From: Patescibacteria group bacterium
GTDB taxonomy: Bacteria; Patescibacteriota; Patescibacteriia; Patescibacteriales; UBA12465
Assembly (NCBI GenBank): GCA_023229115.1
Contig: JALNZW010000006.1
Location: forward strand, 2,523 to 66,522
Direction of reading: 5' to 3'
DNA: 64,000 bases
In this document: positions 8,821-17,411 of the stretch, in pieces
Layout: every line of letters starts with the position of its first letter
Numbering within the stretch: position 1 is the first letter of the stretch
Position numbers and translations under genes: made by a program
Notes under the pieces: model-generated
The model's database searches: none
What the model was told of the DNA's origin: nothing
The model's input: only the letters and a program-made list of their open reading frames with translations

Positions 8821-8864
8821 CCTTTTTTGTCATCCCAGCAAAAGCTGGGATCCAGACCAAAAGG
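8821..8864. repeat. GC-rich palindromic intergenic element, copy B
   Basis: gtcatcccagcaaaagctgggatccag with hairpin tcccagc/aaaa/gctggga. It is nested inside the outer arms cctttt...aaaagg. Confidence 0.6.
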
Positions 8865-9062
8865 ATTAATAAAAACACTAAATAATAAAACAAAATCTAT
8901 GCTTTTATTCTATCTAAAAAAGCACTAAAAGTCAAAAAAATATTAGATTCAAGGTCTTTACTCTCTTTAATTATTTTGCTATAATTATATTGTGATTTAA
9001 TATTAAAATAAGCGAAAAATCGCTTTTTTATTTGTTATTATTTAATTTAAATAGAATATTTT

Positions 9063-11084
9063 ATGTCTGATAAAGAAAAAGCAAAATCAAATTATGGCGC
9101 TGATGCTATCACCGTCTTAGAGGGTTTGGACCCAGTTAGAAAGAGGCCTGGTATGTATATTGGCTCAACTTCAGCTACTGGTTTGCACCATCTTATTTGG
9201 GAGGTGGTTGATAACTGTATTGACGAGGCTATGGGTGGTTATGCCACCGAAATAAGCGTTACTCTTTTAGAAAATGGAATGGTAAAAGTAGCTGATGATG
9301 GCCGTGGTATTCCAGTTGAAAAACACAAGGTTACTGGCCTATCGGCTCTAGAAACAGTTTTAACAAAATTACATGCTGGAGGAAAATTCGGTGGAGATGG
9401 CTATAAAGTTTCTGGTGGTTTACATGGCGTGGGTGTTTCAGTTGTTAATGCTTTAAGCGAATATTTAAAAGCTGAAATTCACCGTGATGGAAAAATCTGG
9501 GAACAAGAATATAAAATTGGCAAACCATTAAAAAATATTAAAGCCGTAGGAACAACTAAAAAAACAGGCACAACCATCACCTTTAAACCAGATGCCACTA
9601 TTTTTACTGAAACCGAATTTAATTGGGGTAAAATCCTTGATCGTTTACGCCAACAATCATACTTAACTAAAGGAATTTTTCTTAATGTTATTGATGAAAG
9701 ACCAGGACACAGTTTTAAAAAATATAGATTTTATTTTGAAGGTGGGGTTAAATCGTATATTAAATCATTGCATCGTCAAAAAAATGTTAAACACGAAACT
9801 GTTTTTTATGTTGAAAAAGAGGTAAACAGTTGTAAAATTGAAGTAGCACTACAATATAACGATGAATACAATGAAACAACCCTGCCCTTCGCTAACAATA
9901 TTTACAATATCGATGGAGGGACTCATTTAGTTGGTTTTAAAACTGCTTTAACCAGAACTCTAAATTCTTATGCCAGAAATAAAAATTTATTAAAAGAAAA
10001 AGATGAAAATTTAACCGGAGATGATGTCCGCGAGGGTTTAACCGCTATAATTAGTGTTAAAATTCCTGAACCTCAATTTGAAGGACAAACAAAAGGCAAA
10101 CTAGGAAATGCTGAAATAAAAACCTACGTAGAACAAGTTTTTGGTGATTCTTTCTTAACTTTTTTAGAAGAAAACCCAAAAGAAGCCGAAAGTATTATTG
10201 GCAAATGTATCATTTCAGCTCAAGCTAGATTAGCGGCTAGAACTGCTAGAGCAAATATTCTTAGAAAAGGAGCTTTAGAGGGAATGACTCTTCCTGGGAA
10301 ATTAGCCGACTGCTCCAGCAACAAAGCTGAGGAATGCGAACTATACATAGTAGAGGGAGATTCAGCCGGTGGTAGTGCTAAGCAAGGAAGAGATAGAAAA
10401 TTTCAAGCTATACTGCCACTGAGAGGAAAAATATTAAATGTCGAAAGAGCCAGATTAGATAAAATGTTGGTTAATATTGAAATTAAAAATTTAGTAATCG
10501 CTCTAGGAACAAATATTGGAGATCAGTTAAGTATGGAAAAATTAAGATACCATCGAGTTATTATTATGACTGATGCTGACGTTGATGGATCACATATCAG
10601 AACTTTATTACTTACTTTATTCTTTAGATATTTTAATCAATTAATCACTGATGGTCATATCTATATTGCTCAACCACCATTATATCAAATAAAAAAAGGT
10701 AGCACCTCTAAATATGCCTATACCGAAGAAGAGAAATTGGAAATAATTAAAGAATTCGGAGGAGATATTAAAGACGAAAATATTGAAGAAGGTGAAGAAA
10801 ATAAAGAAGGAACAGAAGATGACAAAAAAAATGAAAAAGAAATTGATGACAAGAAAAAAGCTAAAAAATTATTTATTCAAAGATATAAAGGTTTAGGAGA
10901 AATGAACCCAGAACAACTATGGGAAACAACCATGAATCCTAAAACAAGAATAGTAAAAAGAGTCACACTGGAAGATGCTGCTCAAGCTGATATAATCTTT
11001 GACATGTTAATGGGCGACGATGCCTCCAAGAGAAAAACATTTATTCAAACTCATGCTAAGAATGTTTCTAATTTAGATATTTAA
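9063..11084 (+). CDS. gyrB: DNA gyrase subunit B
   Basis: GHKL ATPase motifs (LEGLDPVRKRPGMYIG, GLHHLIWEVVDNCIDE), Toprim EGDSAGG and PLRGKILNVE. A K/E/D-rich low-complexity insert lies near the C-terminus. Confidence 0.95.
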   Translation: MSDKEKAKSNYGADAITVLEGLDPVRKRPGMYIGSTSATGLHHLIWEVVDNCIDEAMGGYATEISVTLLENGMVKVADDGRGIPVEKHKVTGLSALETVLTKLHAGGKFGGDGYKVSGGLHGVGVSVVNALSEYLKAEIHRDGKIWEQEYKIGKPLKNIKAVGTTKKTGTTITFKPDATIFTETEFNWGKILDRLRQQSYLTKGIFLNVIDERPGHSFKKYRFYFEGGVKSYIKSLHRQKNVKHETVFYVEKEVNSCKIEVALQYNDEYNETTLPFANNIYNIDGGTHLVGFKTALTRTLNSYARNKNLLKEKDENLTGDDVREGLTAIISVKIPEPQFEGQTKGKLGNAEIKTYVEQVFGDSFLTFLEENPKEAESIIGKCIISAQARLAARTARANILRKGALEGMTLPGKLADCSSNKAEECELYIVEGDSAGGSAKQGRDRKFQAILPLRGKILNVERARLDKMLVNIEIKNLVIALGTNIGDQLSMEKLRYHRVIIMTDADVDGSHIRTLLLTLFFRYFNQLITDGHIYIAQPPLYQIKKGSTSKYAYTEEEKLEIIKEFGGDIKDENIEEGEENKEGTEDDKKNEKEIDDKKKAKKLFIQRYKGLGEMNPEQLWETTMNPKTRIVKRVTLEDAAQADIIFDMLMGDDASKRKTFIQTHAKNVSNLDI

Positions 11085-11087
11085 TTT

Positions 11088-11528
11088 ATGTCAAACTATA
11101 TAATATTATTAACACCCTTTATTGCAGCTGCTGTTGCTCAAGCACTAAAAATTTCTTTAAGCAAAAGAAATAAAATGAAAATCAGGGACTTTTTTGCCTT
11201 TACTTATGCTGGGATGCCATCTGGTCATAGCGCCTTTGTAGTATCTTTAGTTGTTATTATGGGGCTAGTTGAGGGCCTAGACTCACCTTTATTTGCTCTA
11301 TCAATAGCTTTTGCGGTTATTGTTATTAACGATGCCTTGAAATTAAGAATGTATCTAGGACAACAAGGAGAGACTATAAATATTCTAGTTGAAGATCTAG
11401 ATGAAGATCAATTCTTGGATCAAAAATATCCAAAAATGAAAGAAAGAATTGGTCACACCAAAAGAGAAGTTTTAGCTGGATCTTGTTTGGGGATAGCTAT
11501 TGCCATTATAATCTATTTCTTATTTTAG
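11088..11528 (+). CDS. Divergent PAP2 family membrane protein (DUF212-like)
   Basis: MPSGHSAFVVSL motif within a 146-aa protein with about 4 TM helices. Confidence 0.6.
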   Translation: MSNYIILLTPFIAAAVAQALKISLSKRNKMKIRDFFAFTYAGMPSGHSAFVVSLVVIMGLVEGLDSPLFALSIAFAVIVINDALKLRMYLGQQGETINILVEDLDEDQFLDQKYPKMKERIGHTKREVLAGSCLGIAIAIIIYFLF

Positions 11529-11546
11529 TAATTAAAAACGAAATGC

Positions 11547-11579
11547 AAAAAAAAGAGACTCATAATGAGTCTCTTTTTT
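11547..11579. terminator. Bidirectional rho-independent terminator
   Basis: Perfect 9-bp stem agagactca (11554-11562) / tgagtctct (11566-11574) with a 3-nt loop. An A-run precedes it and a T-run follows. It lies between convergent genes. Confidence 0.75.
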
Positions 11580-11636
11580 ATTATAATTTCAGGAAGTTAT
11601 ATAAAAATAATTTTAATTTTTAGCACATACAAACAG

Positions 11637-12110
11637 TTATTTGGATTTAAAATTTTTTGGACCAAAACCTAGTGGTAAAAGTTCGCTAATCTTAGCTATA
11701 ATAATTTTATCCATTTTAGTATTAGACATAATAACTTCAATATCAATTTCAGAAACCTGAGAAGCTTCAAAAATCATTTGTCGACAAGAACCACAAGGAG
11801 AGATAGGATCTAAGACTGCCTTTTCAGAATTCTTACCAATCACGGCTATTTTTAAAACTTTCTTTATTCCATTTGCTCTAGCGCTAGTCAGGGCTGAACA
11901 CTCAGCACAGATTGTATTGCCATAAGCAGAATTTTCAACATTAGTTCCAACAAAAATTTTATTACCATCACCTAAAACAGCCGCTCCGACATAAAATTTA
12001 GAGTAAGGATTGTAAGAATTATTCATTACTTCAAAGGCTCTTTTTAAAAGATTTTGATCAATTTTGTTTAACTTTTGGAAATTAATTTTTTTCATAATAA
12101 TATTATACAA
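11637..12110 (-). CDS. cdd: Cytidine deaminase
   Basis: Zinc motifs CAECSAL and PCGSCRQ. It overlaps the upstream ORF by 8 nt. Confidence 0.88.
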   Translation of the reverse strand: MYNIIMKKINFQKLNKIDQNLLKRAFEVMNNSYNPYSKFYVGAAVLGDGNKIFVGTNVENSAYGNTICAECSALTSARANGIKKVLKIAVIGKNSEKAVLDPISPCGSCRQMIFEASQVSEIDIEVIMSNTKMDKIIIAKISELLPLGFGPKNFKSK

Positions 12111-12957
12111 AACTCTCCCCTGTCATTTCAGCTGGAACATCAAAATCCATTATTTTTAAAATAGTGGGCGCGATATCAGAAAAATCTCCTTGAGAATTAA
12201 TCAGACTTAAATCATTATTAGGAGCTTCTTCTAATCCTATTGTTTTACCTTGAAAATCTTTACCAATAATCAAAAGAGGAACTGGATTGTTTGTTTTTTT
12301 AAGATTAGGAATTTTGGTATTAATATTAAAAACATCTTCAGCAATTCCAAAAGATCCCAAAACAATCATTACTCCATTTTCCTCTAAAACAGCTTGAGAT
12401 ATTTTTTTTAAAGCTAATGATGTTTTTTCAACCTTAGAAATGGTTTCTTCAAAATTACCAGCCAAAGCTGAGTAAGCAATTTCACTTAAATTAGAAAAAA
12501 TAAAATTATATTTATTTGATTTTATAGCACTAATAGTTTTTCTAATTATTTTTTCATCAGAACTAAAAAATAAATCCCAAAAATCATTTTTATTTCTGAC
12601 AATTGACCATTCTTCGTTACTCAATCTTTCCTCTTGTTGATTGAAAAAACAAGAAACCAGGGGAAAATTTTCACTGTCAGCTATTTTTATTTGGCTCAAA
12701 CTATTTTGATCCAATATTTTAGAAACAGAATTCTTTAAAAAAGAAGACGGCAAATTATTACCTGAACCCAAGACCTCATAATTCAAACTACTCTCAGTAT
12801 AACAAGGACTAATAATCGTAGATGGATAATTAGATACTAAATTTTTAAAATCATCAATCTTAGCCTTTCTGATGGCATTATTTTCCATAGTAGGAGCTAC
12901 GCCCCAACCATTTATAGTTAAAAATACTAAAAGTTTTTCCTTCGAAGTTTCCCCCAT
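12103..12957 (-). CDS. Truncated, probably non-catalytic homologue of cofactor-independent phosphoglycerate mutase (iPGM-like)
   Basis: The ends align to iPGM: KLLVFLTINGWG...NYP, IKIADSENFPLVSCFF, NPVPLLII, DIAPTILKIMDFDVPAEMTGESF. It is only 284 aa against about 510. The positions of the nucleophile Ser and the metal ligands are substituted (see finding). Confidence 0.6.
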   Translation of the reverse strand: MGETSKEKLLVFLTINGWGVAPTMENNAIRKAKIDDFKNLVSNYPSTIISPCYTESSLNYEVLGSGNNLPSSFLKNSVSKILDQNSLSQIKIADSENFPLVSCFFNQQEERLSNEEWSIVRNKNDFWDLFFSSDEKIIRKTISAIKSNKYNFIFSNLSEIAYSALAGNFEETISKVEKTSLALKKISQAVLEENGVMIVLGSFGIAEDVFNINTKIPNLKKTNNPVPLLIIGKDFQGKTIGLEEAPNNDLSLINSQGDFSDIAPTILKIMDFDVPAEMTGESFV

Positions 12958-12970
12958 AGATATGTAGATA

Positions 12971-14230
12971 TTAAGATAAATTTTCTTCTATTTCCAACAA
13001 CCTGTTATACTTAGCTAAACGCTCACCGCGAGAAAGAGAACCTGATTTAATAAATTCAGCCCCAACAGCCACAGATAAATCAGCAATAAAATCATCTGTT
13101 GTTTCCCCACTACGATGAGAAACCATTAAACTGTAATTATTACTTTTGGCCAATTTAACAGTTTTCATTGTTTCACTAACGGTGCCTATTTGATTTAATT
13201 TTATTAAAACAGAATTGGCAACTCCATTTTTAATACCTTTCTTTAATCTTTCTTCGTTAGTAACAAACAAATCGTCCCCGATAAGCATTATTTTATCTCC
13301 CAGTTCTTTAGTTAAAATTTTCCAATTATCCCAATCATCTTCACCCAAACCATCTTCAATAGAAATCATATGATATTTTTTAACCCACTCATGATATAGA
13401 GTAATTAAATCATAAGCTGAAAGTTTGGTGCCATCCAGTGATATTTCATATTTATTTTCTTTTTCATTGTAAAGTTCAGAAGAACCAACGTCAGTTCCCA
13501 AAAAAACATCCACTCCTGGTTGATAACCAACTCTTTCTGAGGCTAAAATAATATATTCAATAGCAGCAATGGTTGAGCTAATATTAGGAGCATAACCACC
13601 TTCATTGCCAACATCAGTGTCAAGACCGGCTTCTTTTAAAACCCTTCCTAACTCATGAAAAATTTCAGAACCCATTCTCAATTTTTCAGAAAATTTAGGA
13701 ATATTTTTATTTGGCAAAATCATAAATTCCTGAAAATCCAAATTAGTATCAGCATGTTTTCCACCATTAAAAATATTAAAAGAAGGTGTTGGTAATTTAT
13801 AATTTTTATCAAAATTAAAAGTCTCTGCTAAATATTCATATAATTCTTTCCCCTTAGCCAAGGCAGCTACTCTAGCAACGGCCATAGAAACACCCAAAAT
13901 AGCGTTGGCTCCTAGCTTCTTTTTATTTTTAGTTCCATCTAGAGTAATCATTTTTTTGTCAATTTTTTCTTGCTCAAAAACAGAATATCCTTTAAGACTT
14001 TTAGCTATAATAGTATTAACATTTTTAACAGCCTTTAAAACGCCCTTACCATTGTACCTTTTTTTATCACCATCTCTAAGCTCATAAGCTTCGTGAACTC
14101 CAGTTGAAGCACCAGAAGGAACACTAGCCTTGGTCCACATTTTATTTTCTAAAACAACCTTAACCTCTACCGTTGGATTACCACGAGAGTCTAAAATTTC
14201 TCGAGCTATTATTTCTTTTATTTTTGACAT
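12971..14230 (-). CDS. eno: Enolase
   Basis: SRGNPTVEV, SHRSGETTD and IKxNQIGT motifs. Length 419 aa. Confidence 0.95.
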   Translation of the reverse strand: MSKIKEIIAREILDSRGNPTVEVKVVLENKMWTKASVPSGASTGVHEAYELRDGDKKRYNGKGVLKAVKNVNTIIAKSLKGYSVFEQEKIDKKMITLDGTKNKKKLGANAILGVSMAVARVAALAKGKELYEYLAETFNFDKNYKLPTPSFNIFNGGKHADTNLDFQEFMILPNKNIPKFSEKLRMGSEIFHELGRVLKEAGLDTDVGNEGGYAPNISSTIAAIEYIILASERVGYQPGVDVFLGTDVGSSELYNEKENKYEISLDGTKLSAYDLITLYHEWVKKYHMISIEDGLGEDDWDNWKILTKELGDKIMLIGDDLFVTNEERLKKGIKNGVANSVLIKLNQIGTVSETMKTVKLAKSNNYSLMVSHRSGETTDDFIADLSVAVGAEFIKSGSLSRGERLAKYNRLLEIEENLS

Positions 14231-14321
14231 ATTTTTTATATTAATTATTATTAATAAAATTAAATATTAAATTTTAAGCTAACTCTAATAATTATATCTC
14301 CTACAAGGGTAACAAAACTTA

Positions 14322-15497
14322 TTAATTAATTCCAGGCATTTTTTCTCCAGACAAATAATCAAGCATAGCTCCGCCACCAGTAGACACCCAATCCATATAA
14401 GAGGACATACCAGACAAATTTAAAGCTTCAACGGTTTCTCCACCACCAACAACACCAAAAGCGCTCCCCCTAGCATGAGTTGCGATTTGACTGGCGATCA
14501 TTACTGTTCCCTTTTTAAAATTACTATCTTCAAACTTCCCCATTGGACCATTCCAAACAACAGTTCTAGCTTTTTTAATATATTTAGAAAACAAACTAAT
14601 AGTTTCTGGCCCGATATCGTATATAAAATCATTATCACTTACTTCACTCACACTTTTTATTTTCTTAATCATTCGTCCGGTTGAATCCTTAAACCCAACA
14701 ACAACATCAATTGGCAAAATTATTTTTTTAGAATTTAAATAAGTTTTTACTATTTTATCAGAACCATCATCAAAAAGAGATTTTCCGATATTGAAACCCT
14801 TAGCCTTTAAAAAATTATTAACTAAAGCCCCCCCTAAAAGGATATAAGAAGATTTATCATAAAGCTTCTTAATTATTGGCGCCTTACTAGCTATCTTGGC
14901 CCCGCCCATAACCAAAACTAATGGCTTTTTGGGTTTAATAATTTTTTCTAAATTTTCTAACTCTTTATTTAAAAGAAAACCAGCAAAAGAGGGTTTATTT
15001 CTTCTAACAGCTGAAACCGAAGAATTAGTTCGATGAGACACTGCAAAGGCATCATTAACATAAACATCGGCCAAGCTAGCTAACGATTTTCCCAAACGTA
15101 AACAATCGCGACCTTCACCATCAAAAAATCTAATGTTATCTAATAAAAATATTTTTTGCCCATTTTTTGATTTCGTATTTATTTCTTTTTTAATATCAAC
15201 AAATTTAGAATATTTATCATAAGGCAAAAAATCAATCTTTCGAGCTAAAATTTTAGAAAGATAAAGAGCAATCGGTTTTAAAGAAAACTTTTTATCAAAA
15301 CCTTCTTTGGGTTGTCCCAAGTGACTAAGCAAAATAACTTCACAATTATTATCTAATAAAAAAACTATTGTCTTTAGACTTTGTTTAATTTTAAAATCTT
15401 CCCTGATCTTTCCAGCTGAAATGGGAACATTAAAATCACAACGCAATAAAACTCTTTTATTTTTTATTTTATTTTTATCCAATTTTTGAAGCTTCAT
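14322..15497 (-). CDS. pgk: Phosphoglycerate kinase
   Basis: RCDFNVP, NDAFAVSHR, VWNGPMGKFE and GGGAM motifs. Confidence 0.93.
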   Translation of the reverse strand: MKLQKLDKNKIKNKRVLLRCDFNVPISAGKIREDFKIKQSLKTIVFLLDNNCEVILLSHLGQPKEGFDKKFSLKPIALYLSKILARKIDFLPYDKYSKFVDIKKEINTKSKNGQKIFLLDNIRFFDGEGRDCLRLGKSLASLADVYVNDAFAVSHRTNSSVSAVRRNKPSFAGFLLNKELENLEKIIKPKKPLVLVMGGAKIASKAPIIKKLYDKSSYILLGGALVNNFLKAKGFNIGKSLFDDGSDKIVKTYLNSKKIILPIDVVVGFKDSTGRMIKKIKSVSEVSDNDFIYDIGPETISLFSKYIKKARTVVWNGPMGKFEDSNFKKGTVMIASQIATHARGSAFGVVGGGETVEALNLSGMSSYMDWVSTGGGAMLDYLSGEKMPGIN

Positions 15498-15520
15498 AAT
15501 ATTTTAATTAGAAATAAAAA

Positions 15521-16645
15521 TTATTTTAAATCAATTTTAATTTCTGACAAAGCATCATTCCTTAAAATATAAAAAGTAAGCTTATCTCCAATAATAAAAT
15601 TATTCAAAACATCAAACAGATCATTATTGGAGTCAATTTTATACTCATTAACTCTAGTAATTATATCCCCCGTTTTAAGACCAGCTTGTTCGGCCAATCC
15701 ACCCTTTTTAACTGCTGATAAACCATTATTATACAACCAAGCACCTTCGGAGTAAAAATTATTATCAGGGCTAACAACATTTGAAAGACTAACATATTCT
15801 AATTCTAGTTTAAATTTAGCTATTTCCTTGTTTTTAAAAAAAGAAAATATTAAAGGCTTGAAATCACTAATCGGACGGACCTGCTTATCAGCTGAAACTA
15901 AAGCGACTAATTCTCCGCTTAAATCAAAAACAAAAGAATTAGCAAAAGAATCGTTAACTTCAGTTAAGGTTAATTCATTTTCAAAAATATCTAAAGATCT
16001 AGGGAAAGAAAAAGATCCCTTAGACAATAAATTACTTGGAGCTATTTCTCCTGCTAAATTATAAAGAAGCAAAGATTGACCAATCTTTAAATTAGAAAAA
16101 TTAAAGAAAGGTCTTACTGGTAAATTACTAGTATCTTTTATTTTTAAAAATAAAAATGAATGTTCTTCGGAATAAACAACATCCTCTATTTCATATATTT
16201 TTTTATCTTTCTTTGATATAACAACAAAAGATGATTTATCTTTTATCAAATTCTTGTCAAAAGTAGCTAGACCCAAAACATTAATTAAAACCCAACCATC
16301 GCTACTAACAACAACTCCACTTAAAATAGCCTCATCAAAAGAATAAAAATCACTAGCACTTTTACTTTTCTTAAAAATACCGACAACAGCCTCACTAAAA
16401 TAATTTTGATTTTCCTCTATTTTTAAATCTTGATTAATAATAACCTTTTTAGCATCTTGAATAACAAAGTTGGAACGATTATAGTCCCAAGAACTTAAAT
16501 CTAATTCTGGTGAAAAAATCTGTTGATTATAAAGAGCTCCATAAAAATAGAAAATAGCTCCACCCAAAAAACCCAAAAGAAGAGAGGCTATTAAAAATAA
16601 AACAATTTTATTATTTTTATTATTTTTTTTATCTTTCTTATCCAT
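15521..16645 (-). CDS. Membrane-anchored HtrA/DegP-like protein with a C-terminal PDZ domain; the protease triad appears degenerate
   Basis: N-terminal TM. The trypsin-fold-like core is SGVVVSSDGWVLINVLG ... FLFLKIK ... ANSFVFDLSGELVAL. The PDZ segment is GLAEQAGLKTGDIITRVNEYKI. Confidence 0.55.
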   Translation of the reverse strand: MDKKDKKNNKNNKIVLFLIASLLLGFLGGAIFYFYGALYNQQIFSPELDLSSWDYNRSNFVIQDAKKVIINQDLKIEENQNYFSEAVVGIFKKSKSASDFYSFDEAILSGVVVSSDGWVLINVLGLATFDKNLIKDKSSFVVISKKDKKIYEIEDVVYSEEHSFLFLKIKDTSNLPVRPFFNFSNLKIGQSLLLYNLAGEIAPSNLLSKGSFSFPRSLDIFENELTLTEVNDSFANSFVFDLSGELVALVSADKQVRPISDFKPLIFSFFKNKEIAKFKLELEYVSLSNVVSPDNNFYSEGAWLYNNGLSAVKKGGLAEQAGLKTGDIITRVNEYKIDSNNDLFDVLNNFIIGDKLTFYILRNDALSEIKIDLK

Positions 16646-16651
16646 ATTTTT

Positions 16652-17404
16652 TTACTTCCATTTAGCTCCCAATAAAATCAGGAGTAAAAACAAGCCAATA
16701 AAAATTAAATTATATCTTATCTTTTTAGTGGTCAATTCTTTATTAAGATAAAAAACTGTAAAATTTAAACCACTATAATAAAAAAGCGAAACTATTAAAC
16801 CTAAAACATTATAATTAAACGGCATTAAAAACAAAGACCAAAGCAAAGGAAAAATAGAAAATAAAAAGAAAAAAGAAAAAAACAAATCAGTTTGAATGGT
16901 CTTTTTTTCAACCGATAAATTATGAAAAAAGGAAACAAATAATACGGGAACTAAAATTAACAATAATAACCAATTATGAACATTTATAAAATAAGGCAAG
17001 CCGTAAACAAAAGAAGATGCTAGAAAAACAGTTAAGAAGCCAAACAAATTAGACCAAAATGGTAGATTTTTTCTTCTATCCGATTCTATAAAACAATATT
17101 TAACGGCACTTCGATAGTAATAGAAAAGTAACATAACAGAAAAAAACAACAATAAAGTAAAAAGTAATCTGTCTGGCAGCAGGCTACCGTAGAAAAAACA
17201 AGAATTAACAAACAAAATTGGCAATATTAAATATTTTAGGAAACTTCTGCCAGGTTTTAAATTTACTATTCGATAAGAAAGAATAAATAAAATAGAATTA
17301 ATTGGTATTAGAAGCCAATAGAAAACACTAGGTTTAAAAACGGCCGCCATCAAAAAAACCAATAGAAAAGAGTGCGTTAATAAAAGAAATTTTTTAATTC
17401 TCAT
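16652..17404 (-). CDS. Polytopic integral membrane protein, function unknown
   Basis: At least 7 hydrophobic helices across 250 aa. No recognisable motif. Confidence 0.4.
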   Translation of the reverse strand: MRIKKFLLLTHSFLLVFLMAAVFKPSVFYWLLIPINSILFILSYRIVNLKPGRSFLKYLILPILFVNSCFFYGSLLPDRLLFTLLLFFSVMLLFYYYRSAVKYCFIESDRRKNLPFWSNLFGFLTVFLASSFVYGLPYFINVHNWLLLLILVPVLFVSFFHNLSVEKKTIQTDLFFSFFFLFSIFPLLWSLFLMPFNYNVLGLIVSLFYYSGLNFTVFYLNKELTTKKIRYNLIFIGLFLLLILLGAKWK

Positions 17405-17411
17405 AAACCAT

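Noticed and set aside
8812-9062. Replication origin upstream of gyrB.
   Set aside because: No dnaA or dnaN is adjacent, and I found no TTATCCACA-like DnaA boxes in the spacer. The region contains only the GC-rich palindromic element, a weak hairpin and a TTTACT-17-TATAAT promoter-like pair.
10740-10870. K/E/D-rich insert in GyrB, considered as a possible intein or mobile insertion.
   Set aside because: It is only about 40 aa of low-complexity charged sequence with no intein splice-junction or endonuclease motifs. It is most simply a lineage-specific loop.
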